NCBI GenBank assembly: GCA_947447955.1
Contig: CANFLS010000004.1
Span: 21,327-85,326, forward strand
Direction of reading: 5' to 3'
Origin: Flavobacteriales bacterium
GTDB lineage: Bacteria > Bacteroidota > Bacteroidia > NS11-12g > UBA955
Length of the DNA: 64,000 bases
Part shown: positions 43,412 through 51,094 of the stretch, in pieces
Layout of the letters: every line of letters begins with the position of its first letter
How positions within the stretch are numbered: the stretch's first letter is position 1
The notes under the pieces: model-generated
Database searches by the model: none
What the model saw: the letters and a program-made list of their open reading frames with translations, nothing else
What the model was told of the DNA's origin: nothing
Program-made: the position numbers and the translations under genes

Positions 43412-43430
43412 TATTCAATTAACTCCTGTA
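43389..43430. repeat. perfect 18-bp inverted repeat looping out the E1 stop codon
   Basis: TACAGGAGTTAATTGAAT-tttagt-ATTCAATTAACTCCTGTA, with TAG 43409-43411 in the loop. Confidence 0.95.
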
Positions 43431-43431
43431 A

Positions 43432-43471
43432 GATTAGACCGGTTAGACGGGTTAGACAGGTTAGACAGATT
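43432..43471 (+). repeat. 9-bp tandem array GRTTAGACN (4 units plus partial)
   Basis: GATTAGACC GGTTAGACG GGTTAGACA GGTTAGACA GATT. Confidence 0.92.
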
Positions 43472-43734
43472 CTTTTGGAGGATTACAGATTAGTATGTTT
43501 ATGCAGAACATTTAGGTCTATTCGAGTTTTTCGACAAATTAGACGTATCCCATTCAAATAATAAAAGAAACAAACTGATTAAACTGATTTATTTCCTTTA
43601 TACAATTCAAATAAGTTACCGAATCCTATGGATAAGGTTAGAAAAAAATCAAATATGAATTAATAAAAGTTACAGATTTTGATAGATTAGGCGATTTGTT
43701 TTCGAATTATGTGTTTTACCGTTAAAATACAAAC

Positions 43735-43852
43735 TGTCTAATCCGTCTAATCTTCCCGAAAGCTTTCGGGATAACCTGTCTAATCTAATTACACAATCCG
43801 TCTAATCCGTCTAATCAGTCTAATCTGTCTAATCCGTCTAATCCGTCTAATC
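43735..43852 (-). repeat. 9-bp tandem array GATTAGACN on the minus strand (2+1+6 units)
   Basis: NGTCTAATC units at 43735, 43744 and 43777, plus six contiguous units 43799-43852, ending 3 nt from the ychF stop. Confidence 0.95.
43754..43771. repeat. perfect 18-bp palindrome (REP-like) inside the array
   Basis: TCCCGAAAG|CTTTCGGGA. Confidence 0.85.
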
Positions 43853-43855
43853 TAA

Positions 43856-44956
43856 TTAGACATTAAACCTGAAGTGCATGCAATCGCCGTCTTTCACGAT
43901 GTATTCTTTGCCTTCAACGCGGAGTTTTCCAACGTCGCGGCAAGCGGCTTCTGAACCGTAGTGAATCCAATCTTCGTAGGCAATTACTTCGGCGCGGATA
44001 AATCCTTTTTCGAAATCGGTATGAATCACAGCGGCGGCTTGAGGGGCTTTGGTACCGTCGGTAATTGTCCAGGCCCTTACCTCTTTTACTCCAACTGTGA
44101 AATAAGTAATGTAATTCAATAATTGATAAGCCGCTTGAATCAATTTTTCTACCCCGCTTTGATTTAATCCCATTTCTTCAAGGAAAATCTTGCGGTCTTC
44201 ATAGCTTTCAAGTTCAGCAATTTCGGCTTCAATGGCAGCAGAAATAATTAATATTTCGGCATTTTCATCTTTTACTGCATTTCGCACCAATTCTACATAT
44301 GCATTTCCATTGATAGAACTATCTGGATCAACGTTACAAACGTACAATACCGGTTTTTCGGTAAGTAAATTTAAATCCTTTACAAACTCTTTCTTTTCAA
44401 CTTCAATTTCAATTGTACGGGCATTTTTACCTTGTAATAAGTGCGCTTTGTATGCTTCGCAAACTTCTAAGGTTTTTGCTGCTTCTTTGTCTCCACCAGT
44501 TCTTGCTTGTTTTGCAATTTTAGAAATTCGCGCTTCAAGGGTTTCTAAATCTTTCAACTGCAATTCGGTGTCAATAATTTCTTTGTCGCGAATTGGGTTT
44601 ACAGATCCATCAACGTGAATGATATTATCATCGTCGAAGCATCTTAATACATGCAAAATGGCATGGGTATTTCTGATGTTTCCTAAAAATTGGTTACCTA
44701 GTCCATCGCCTTTTGAAGCGCCTTTAACCAACCCTGCGATATCAACAATTTCAATTGTAGTAGGTACAATATTTTGAGGATTTACAAGCTCGGCAAGCTT
44801 ATTCATACGTTGATCGGGAACGGTAATGGTTCCAACATTCGGCTCAATAGTGCAGAATGGAAAATTAGCTGATTGCGCTTTAGCGCTAGAAACTGCGTTA
44901 AAAAGGGTTGATTTACCTACGTTTGGCAAACCTACGATTCCACATTGTAAAGACAT
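43856..44956 (-). CDS. ychF: redox-regulated ATPase YchF
   Basis: GIVGLPNVGKSTLFN, FPFCTIEPN, DIAGLV, GFIRAEV, terminal FRFNV. Confidence 0.98.
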   Translation of the reverse strand: MSLQCGIVGLPNVGKSTLFNAVSSAKAQSANFPFCTIEPNVGTITVPDQRMNKLAELVNPQNIVPTTIEIVDIAGLVKGASKGDGLGNQFLGNIRNTHAILHVLRCFDDDNIIHVDGSVNPIRDKEIIDTELQLKDLETLEARISKIAKQARTGGDKEAAKTLEVCEAYKAHLLQGKNARTIEIEVEKKEFVKDLNLLTEKPVLYVCNVDPDSSINGNAYVELVRNAVKDENAEILIISAAIEAEIAELESYEDRKIFLEEMGLNQSGVEKLIQAAYQLLNYITYFTVGVKEVRAWTITDGTKAPQAAAVIHTDFEKGFIRAEVIAYEDWIHYGSEAACRDVGKLRVEGKEYIVKDGDCMHFRFNV

Positions 44957-44968
44957 TTGGCTACAAAG

Positions 44969-46348
44969 TTACTCTAATAAATCACCAATATCTTGTAAAA
45001 TTTTCTTGGTGAGGTTTTCTGCGGTGGTTAAACTCGCACTTTCGGCATAAATACGGATGATAGGTTCGGTGTTACTCTTACGCAAATGCACCCAATCTCC
45101 ATCGAAATCAATTTTCACGCCATCTATTGTATTTACTGGTTGTTTTTTATACTTATCGCAAATTTTCTCTAAGATTAAATCAACGTTTGTACCTTCTTGC
45201 AATTCGGCCTTATTTTTAGACATCATATAAGTTGGATACAAAGCACGCAAACCTGAAGTTGTCATATTTGATTCAGCCAAATGCGTTAGGAATAATGCAA
45301 TTCCTACCAAAGCATCACGGCCATAATGTAATTCTGGCAATATAATACCACCGTTACCTTCACCGCCAATAATTGCGTTGTTTGCTTTCATGCATTCAAC
45401 AACATTTACTTCGCCTACCGCACTTGCAAAGTACTTTTGACCTGCTTTTTCAGTAAGTTCTTTTAAAGAACGGGTACTTGACAAATTACTAACGGTTGCA
45501 CCAGGAGTATGTTTTAATACATAATCGGCACAAGCCACCAAGGTGTATTCTTCACCAAACATTTCGCCATCGTCGGAAATGAATGCCAAACGATCTACAT
45601 CAGGATCAACCACAATACCCAATTGGCATTTATCGGCCTTAACCACTGATGAAATTTCACCTAAGTGCTCAGCCAAAGGTTCTGGATTGTGAGCGAAGTG
45701 ACCAGTTGGCTCGCCGTTAATTAAAACGACATCAGTAACCCCTAAGGCATTGAGCAATTTTGGGATGGCAATTCCACCAACACTATTCACTACATCAACC
45801 GCAACTTTGTATTTTTTAGCTTTGATAAGTTCTGGTTTAACCAAATCAAGCTCAAGAATTTTTTGAATATGGTAATCTAAATAATCAGTTTTTGTTAATT
45901 TACCTAAATGATCAACGGTTGCAAAAGTAAACTCACCTTTTTCAGCAATTTCCAAAATGGCTTCGCCATCGGCGCCACTGATAAACTCACCTTTTTCATT
46001 GAGTAATTTCAATGCATTCCATTGTTTAGGGTTATGACTTGCTGTAATGATAATTCCACCGGCTGCATTTTCAGCAACAACTGCCATTTCCACGGTTGGA
46101 GTAGTAGCCAACTCCAAATCCACTACATTGATACCCAATCCTATGAGGGTATTCACAATCAAATCTTGAACCATAGGTCCGCTGATTCTAGCGTCTCTAC
46201 CTACAACGATTTTCTTATTGTCTGATTTCTGAGAAATCCAAGTACCATAAGAAGATGCGAACTTCACAATATCTATTGGGGTAAGGTTATCTGATGGAGC
46301 TCCGCCGATTGTACCTCTGATACCTGAAATTGATTTAATTAATGTCAT
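44969..46348 (-). CDS. glmM: phosphoglucosamine mutase
   Basis: SISGIRG, TASHNP, DPDVDR, GEGNGG, RKSNTEP. Confidence 0.9.
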   Translation of the reverse strand: MTLIKSISGIRGTIGGAPSDNLTPIDIVKFASSYGTWISQKSDNKKIVVGRDARISGPMVQDLIVNTLIGLGINVVDLELATTPTVEMAVVAENAAGGIIITASHNPKQWNALKLLNEKGEFISGADGEAILEIAEKGEFTFATVDHLGKLTKTDYLDYHIQKILELDLVKPELIKAKKYKVAVDVVNSVGGIAIPKLLNALGVTDVVLINGEPTGHFAHNPEPLAEHLGEISSVVKADKCQLGIVVDPDVDRLAFISDDGEMFGEEYTLVACADYVLKHTPGATVSNLSSTRSLKELTEKAGQKYFASAVGEVNVVECMKANNAIIGGEGNGGIILPELHYGRDALVGIALFLTHLAESNMTTSGLRALYPTYMMSKNKAELQEGTNVDLILEKICDKYKKQPVNTIDGVKIDFDGDWVHLRKSNTEPIIRIYAESASLTTAENLTKKILQDIGDLLE

Positions 46349-46361
46349 AAATTTTGGGGTG

Positions 46362-46369
46362 CAAAAATA
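46362..46369 (-). promoter_or_regulatory. -7 promoter box for glmM
   Basis: TATTTTTG upstream of the glmM ATG. Confidence 0.6.
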
Positions 46370-46499
46370 GACAAAAAAGACTGTAATTTGTTCGGAATGA
46401 TTTATTTTTTATAAACGTACCAAAATATTAAATAAGTGAATGATTTTAAAGAAAAACCAACTTTATACCCATAAATCAAAGGGATTAAGTGAAATTTAT

Positions 46500-46507
46500 T
46501 ACCTTTG
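46500..46507 (+). promoter_or_regulatory. -7 promoter box for ftcD
   Basis: TACCTTTG, 4 nt before the ATG. Confidence 0.65.
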
Positions 46508-46511
46508 TTAA

Positions 46512-48206
46512 ATGCAAAAAATTGTTGAATGTGTTCCTAATTTTAGTGAAGGAAAAAATTTACAAATAATCAAACAAATTACAGACGCAATTGAAAGTGT
46601 GGATGGGGTTCAATTACTCGATGTTGATCCAGGAAAAGCAACCAACAGAACTGTGGTTACCATAGTGGGGGAAGTTGATTTGGTAGTTGAAGCTGCATTT
46701 AGAGGTATCCAAATGGCCTCAACATTAATTGACATGCGCAATCATGCTGGTGAACATCCAAGAATGGGTGCTACAGATGTTTGTCCCTTAATTCCAATTT
46801 CTGGAATCAGCATGGAAGAAACGGCACAATATGCACAACAATTGGCAAAACGTGTTGCAAATGAATTGTCAATTCCTACTTACCTATATGAAGATGCTCA
46901 GCCCAATAAAAGTCGCTCCAATTTGAGCGTAATTAGGGCTGGAGAATATGAAGGCTTCTTTGAAAAAATTAAGGATCCCATTTGGGCTCCTGATTTTGGA
47001 AAAGCCGAAATGAATGCAACCGCCGGAGCTACCGTGATTGGTGCCCGCGATTTTCTAATTGCATTCAATATCAACTTAAATACCAAAAGTACCCGCGTTG
47101 CAAACCGAATTGCATTCGACGTAAGAGAAGCCGGCCGTGTAAAACGAGAAGGCAACCCTATCTCTGGCAAAATTGTAAAAGATGAAAACGGCGAAGATGT
47201 TCGTATTCCCGGAAAATTAAAATCTGTAAAAGCCATAGGTTGGTTTATTGAAGAATATAACATTGCCCAAATTAGCATGAATTTGACCAATTACCATGTT
47301 ACTCCCCTTCATATTGCCTTTGAAGAAACGCGTAAAAGCGCAGATGAAAGAGGTGTTAGAGTTACAGGTAGCGAATTGGTCGGGCTTATTCCGTTGAAGT
47401 CAATGCTCGATGCCGGAAAATACTTTCTTGAAAAACAAGGCTTAAGTTCAGGTGTGAGCGAAGCTGAATTGGTTGATATTGCTATTAAATCTTTGGGATT
47501 AAGCGAAATTTCAAATTTTGATCCCAAAAAGAAAATCATTGAATACATCCTTCAAGATCCTAAAAAATCGAAATTGGTATCAATGACCGTAAAAGGATTT
47601 GCCGATGAAACTGCTTCTGATAGTCCCGCTCCAGGTGGAGGTAGTATTGCTGCTTTGGCTGGTGCTTTGGGCGCATCATTGGGAACAATGGTTGCTAATT
47701 TAAGTGCTTCTAAAAGAGGTTGGGAAGACCGGGTTGGTGAATTTTCACCGTGGGCTGAAAAAGGACAAAAACTCAAAGATGAGTTGTTGTTCTTAGTTGA
47801 CGAAGATACCCGTGCTTTTGATGGAATTATGAATGCTTTTGGACTTCCAAAAGACAATGCAGAACAAGTTGCTGCGCGCAAACAAGCAATTGAATCAGCA
47901 AGTAAATACGCCACTGAAATTCCATTCAAAACCATGCAAGCTGCATTCAATTGTATACCATTATTGCAAGAAATGGCAAAGAATGGCAATCAAAATTCTT
48001 TAAGCGATGTAGGAGTTGGTGCCATTTGTATCAAAACCGCGGTAAGAGGTGCTTGGTTAAACGTTTTAATTAACGCTAAAGGACTAACAGACCAAGTTTG
48101 GGCTAAAAGTATTGTAGAACAAGCAAGAACATTGCTCGCTGAAAATCATACGTTGTGCGATGAGATTGTGAAGGGAATCGAAGAAAGATTAGACGGGTTA
48201 GACTGA
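46512..48206 (+). CDS. ftcD: glutamate formimidoyltransferase / formimidoyl-THF cyclodeaminase (bifunctional)
   Basis: ECVPNFSEG, GEHPRMGATDVCP, GSELVGL, cyclodeaminase motifs SPAPGGGS and SLSDVGVGA. Confidence 0.95.
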   Translation: MQKIVECVPNFSEGKNLQIIKQITDAIESVDGVQLLDVDPGKATNRTVVTIVGEVDLVVEAAFRGIQMASTLIDMRNHAGEHPRMGATDVCPLIPISGISMEETAQYAQQLAKRVANELSIPTYLYEDAQPNKSRSNLSVIRAGEYEGFFEKIKDPIWAPDFGKAEMNATAGATVIGARDFLIAFNINLNTKSTRVANRIAFDVREAGRVKREGNPISGKIVKDENGEDVRIPGKLKSVKAIGWFIEEYNIAQISMNLTNYHVTPLHIAFEETRKSADERGVRVTGSELVGLIPLKSMLDAGKYFLEKQGLSSGVSEAELVDIAIKSLGLSEISNFDPKKKIIEYILQDPKKSKLVSMTVKGFADETASDSPAPGGGSIAALAGALGASLGTMVANLSASKRGWEDRVGEFSPWAEKGQKLKDELLFLVDEDTRAFDGIMNAFGLPKDNAEQVAARKQAIESASKYATEIPFKTMQAAFNCIPLLQEMAKNGNQNSLSDVGVGAICIKTAVRGAWLNVLINAKGLTDQVWAKSIVEQARTLLAENHTLCDEIVKGIEERLDGLD

Positions 48207-48261
48207 TTAGACAGATTAGACGGGTTAGACGGATTAGACGGATTAGACGGATTAGACGGAT
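48187..48261 (+). repeat. 9-bp tandem array GRTTAGACN (8 units plus partial) overlapping the ftcD 3' end
   Basis: Units run 48187-48258. The first two encode the C-terminal LDGLD, and TGA 48204-48206 spans a unit junction. Confidence 0.95.
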
Positions 48262-48286
48262 AAATAAAAGGGTTTAGACTTTAAAA

Positions 48287-48334
48287 TTAAACTGCGAAGC
48301 TTAAACTGCAGAGCATAAACAGCGAAGCGTAAAC
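48287..48334 (+). repeat. 14-bp tandem array NTAAACWGCRRAGC (3 units plus partial)
   Basis: TTAAACTGCGAAGC TTAAACTGCAGAGC ATAAACAGCGAAGC GTAAAC. Confidence 0.85.
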
Positions 48335-48338
48335 AACA

Positions 48339-49286
48339 ATGAAAAAACTCCTGCTCATATTGACATTGCTTGCTGCTTCAACTTCTGAAGGTCAGTTTGC
48401 TCCAGCAGCTGGGAAAGCAGGCAGTACTGCTATTAAGGCAGACAGTACTTGCTTTGTCAATTGGGCTTCAGAATGCACAGTAAAACGCGGATTGGCGCAA
48501 ATTAATTTGGCAGATTCTGGTTATGCATCCGTTGGAACAGCAAATGCAGCCATTGGTCCGGCGCTTAAAAATGGCGTGGTTAGTCTTGGTGATGGTGGTT
48601 CAGCAGTGCTGTATTTCAATCCACCTATAGAAGACCAAGATGGTTTCGACTTTGCCATTTTCGAAAATGCATTTCTCGATACATTTTTAGAATTCGCCCA
48701 TGTTGAAGTCAGCAACGATAAAATAAATTGGATAAGATTTCCGTCCGTTTCACTTACACAAACTACAAAACAAGTTGAACCGTTTGGATATACCTATCCA
48801 GAACATATTTCAAACTTAGCCGGCAAATACAAAATGCCTTATGGTGTGCCATTTGACCTATCCGAACTCAAAGACAGTCAAAACTATCAAACTACATTTC
48901 AATATGTAAGAATTACCGATGTGGTGGGTTCAATAAATCCAGCATTGGGAAGTAAAGATTCAAAAGGGAATATGATCAACGACCCTTGGCCTACCCCATT
49001 TGCGAGTTCTGGATTTGATTTGGATGCGGTGGGAGTAATTCACCAATCTGCAACTACAAACAATGTCAAATCGTTACATAAAAATCTATTTTGTAAATAT
49101 AATAGAAACACTCAAACCCTAACATTTGCAAAACCACTATATGAAAATATTGCTATTTATAGCAATACTGGAAACAGGGTGTTTCAACAAAAAATAAACG
49201 GCAGTGAATTAATTGTCCCTCAAAATTTATCTGAAGGAGTTTATCACTTACAATGTTCACTCGGAACATTCCAATTTATCAAATAG
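48339..49286 (+). CDS. secreted cell-surface protein with T9SS type A-like CTD, possibly BtuH-like cobamide-binding
   Basis: Signal peptide, VSLGDGG..F..PI.D..GFDFAIFENAF, VEVS.D..W, GFDLDAVGV, CTD ending LSEGVYHL. Confidence 0.6.
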   Translation: MKKLLLILTLLAASTSEGQFAPAAGKAGSTAIKADSTCFVNWASECTVKRGLAQINLADSGYASVGTANAAIGPALKNGVVSLGDGGSAVLYFNPPIEDQDGFDFAIFENAFLDTFLEFAHVEVSNDKINWIRFPSVSLTQTTKQVEPFGYTYPEHISNLAGKYKMPYGVPFDLSELKDSQNYQTTFQYVRITDVVGSINPALGSKDSKGNMINDPWPTPFASSGFDLDAVGVIHQSATTNNVKSLHKNLFCKYNRNTQTLTFAKPLYENIAIYSNTGNRVFQQKINGSELIVPQNLSEGVYHLQCSLGTFQFIK

Positions 49287-49290
49287 GAAT

Positions 49291-50427
49291 TTATTTTAAC
49301 AAGCCCACCATGTCAACGGTGCGCAAAAATGAACCACTCACATTATTTGTAAGGGCAACAAAACATTTGTTTTCATCGAGGCAAGACCAAAAATAGGTTC
49401 TAAAGCCTTTCCACCAACCATTGTGGAATGCCCATCTTTTACCATCAATCCATTTGATTCTCCAACCCATTGCATAGTAACCATCGGCACTTGCAACAGC
49501 CGTTGGTGTCCACATTTCTTGTTTGGTGTAACTGTGTAAAATGTAGGAACTTCGCAAAGCCCTATCCAAAAGAAACATTTCAAAAACACTAGAATACACG
49601 CCTTTATCGCCTGTTGTACCATTAAAAATATTATCCTCAAACATACTCCAATTGTCATACCCTTGAACCGGATAATCCTGAATTGGAATGCTATCGAAAT
49701 TGCAAATATGGGTAAACTTCATATCTGCTACTTTGCAAATGTTATTTTTCACAAACGACCTAAAATCTTGCTTGCTGGTTCTCTCTACAATTAAACTCAA
49801 CAAAGCGAAATTCGAATTGCAATAGTCATAATTCCCAGGTCTAACAAATCTCTTATCGGGCTGTGCGTTCAGCAAGTCAACAACGTCTTCATTTACCAAA
49901 TGCCTATTTCCTTCCCTTAAATTAAATCCTTTATAATTAAAATAAAAGTAATCAGGAAGTCCAGAAGTATGGCTCAATAAATTCCTGAGGGTTAAGTTGG
50001 TTCTTTTGAATTCCGGAATATACCAATGCACACTGTCGTCAATATTCAAATATCCATCTTGATGCAACATCATGACTGAAATACCGGTAAAAACTTTCGA
50101 TACAGACGCCAATTGAAACACTTCATCGGGGTAAACAGAATCTTTTGTCCCCTTTAATCTAAATCCACGAGATCCGTATATAATACTGTCGTTTTTAAAC
50201 ATTAAAAACGACCCATTAAAGTTGCCTATTCTGTTAAATCTATCAAAAAACTTATTGATTTTCCGAGAAGTAGTATCAGAAAAAGGCACATACTTTTGCT
50301 GAAAAGCAATTTCAGTTGAACTCATTGGCCTGGTATTTTGCGCTATAAGATATTGAGGGACAATGATCCCCAATAAAAATATGATGCGGCAATATTTACG
50401 AAGCTGTTGCATTTTCAACTGCAACAA
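49291..50427 (-). CDS. serine hydrolase, class C beta-lactamase/PBP-like
   Basis: SxxK (ASVSK), LLSHTSG, YCN, HNG. Start may be 50412. Confidence 0.88.
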   Translation of the reverse strand: MLQLKMQQLRKYCRIIFLLGIIVPQYLIAQNTRPMSSTEIAFQQKYVPFSDTTSRKINKFFDRFNRIGNFNGSFLMFKNDSIIYGSRGFRLKGTKDSVYPDEVFQLASVSKVFTGISVMMLHQDGYLNIDDSVHWYIPEFKRTNLTLRNLLSHTSGLPDYFYFNYKGFNLREGNRHLVNEDVVDLLNAQPDKRFVRPGNYDYCNSNFALLSLIVERTSKQDFRSFVKNNICKVADMKFTHICNFDSIPIQDYPVQGYDNWSMFEDNIFNGTTGDKGVYSSVFEMFLLDRALRSSYILHSYTKQEMWTPTAVASADGYYAMGWRIKWIDGKRWAFHNGWWKGFRTYFWSCLDENKCFVALTNNVSGSFLRTVDMVGLLK

Positions 50428-50488
50428 AAATAAAGGCTTCAGGAATAAAAAGAGTTGAAGTTACACACACCAAAATGGTGCGTATTTT

Positions 50489-51094
50489 TTAAGGAACATT
50501 AATGATTTTATGTGTTTGTAGAGAAATTTGCCAATGTGGATTCTCTTTCACAAAATCGATAATTGCAGGGGTCATTTTTTCACGCTTATCCCACTCAGGT
50601 TGGATAAATAATTTACAAGTTCCGTTGCAAAAATGTTCCCATTTGGTTGCCCATTCAAAATCTGAATTGTTGAACGCAACAATTTTTAATTCGTGCGCCT
50701 TTGGAATTTCAGATTCCAATGGAAATTTGAATTTCTTTGGCGACAATGTAATCCAATCAAAATTTCCCTGAATTTCATAAGCGCCAGACGTTTCAATGTG
50801 CACCCGAATTCCGTTTTGATGAAATGTATCTACAATGGGATTCAAATCGTACATGGCGGGTTCGCCACCTGTAATTACAACTACTTTGGCTTTTGTAGCC
50901 GAAACCCATTCAAACATTTGCGCTGCTGAATAGGTTGGATAGCCTTCGGCATTCCAACTTTCTTTCACATCGCACCAAGTGCAACCCACGTCGCAACCTG
51001 CCAAACGAATAAAATAAGCTGCTACTCCTGTAAATGCACCTTCCCCTTGAATGGTGTAAAAGTGTTCCATTACAGGAAAAACCGACTCCATCAA
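50489..51094 (-). CDS. queE: 7-carboxy-7-deazaguanine synthase (radical SAM)
   Basis: FYTIQGEG, FIRLAGCDVGCTWCD, TGGEP, IETSG, SPK, SLQTHK. Confidence 0.95.
   Translation of the reverse strand: MMESVFPVMEHFYTIQGEGAFTGVAAYFIRLAGCDVGCTWCDVKESWNAEGYPTYSAAQMFEWVSATKAKVVVITGGEPAMYDLNPIVDTFHQNGIRVHIETSGAYEIQGNFDWITLSPKKFKFPLESEIPKAHELKIVAFNNSDFEWATKWEHFCNGTCKLFIQPEWDKREKMTPAIIDFVKENPHWQISLQTHKIINVP

Noticed and set aside
43494-43658. ~54-codon stop-free frame (YVYAEHLG...) in the E1-ychF spacer
   Set aside because: No in-frame ATG, no recognisable motif, and it is built partly from degenerate repeats.
43432-43852. CRISPR array
   Set aside because: Units are 9 bp and contiguous with no unique spacers, and there are no cas genes.
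46898-47989. three minus-strand ORFs of 79-145 aa
   Set aside because: Antisense shadows of ftcD. The same applies to most other short nested ORFs in the track.
49291-50427. antibiotic-resistance beta-lactamase
   Set aside because: Motifs fit the broad serine hydrolase/PBP family, and there is no mobile context or specific evidence of resistance.
50489-51094. queE as part of a dpd DNA-modification island
   Set aside because: No dpdA/tgt paralog or other dpd genes, and the context is housekeeping.
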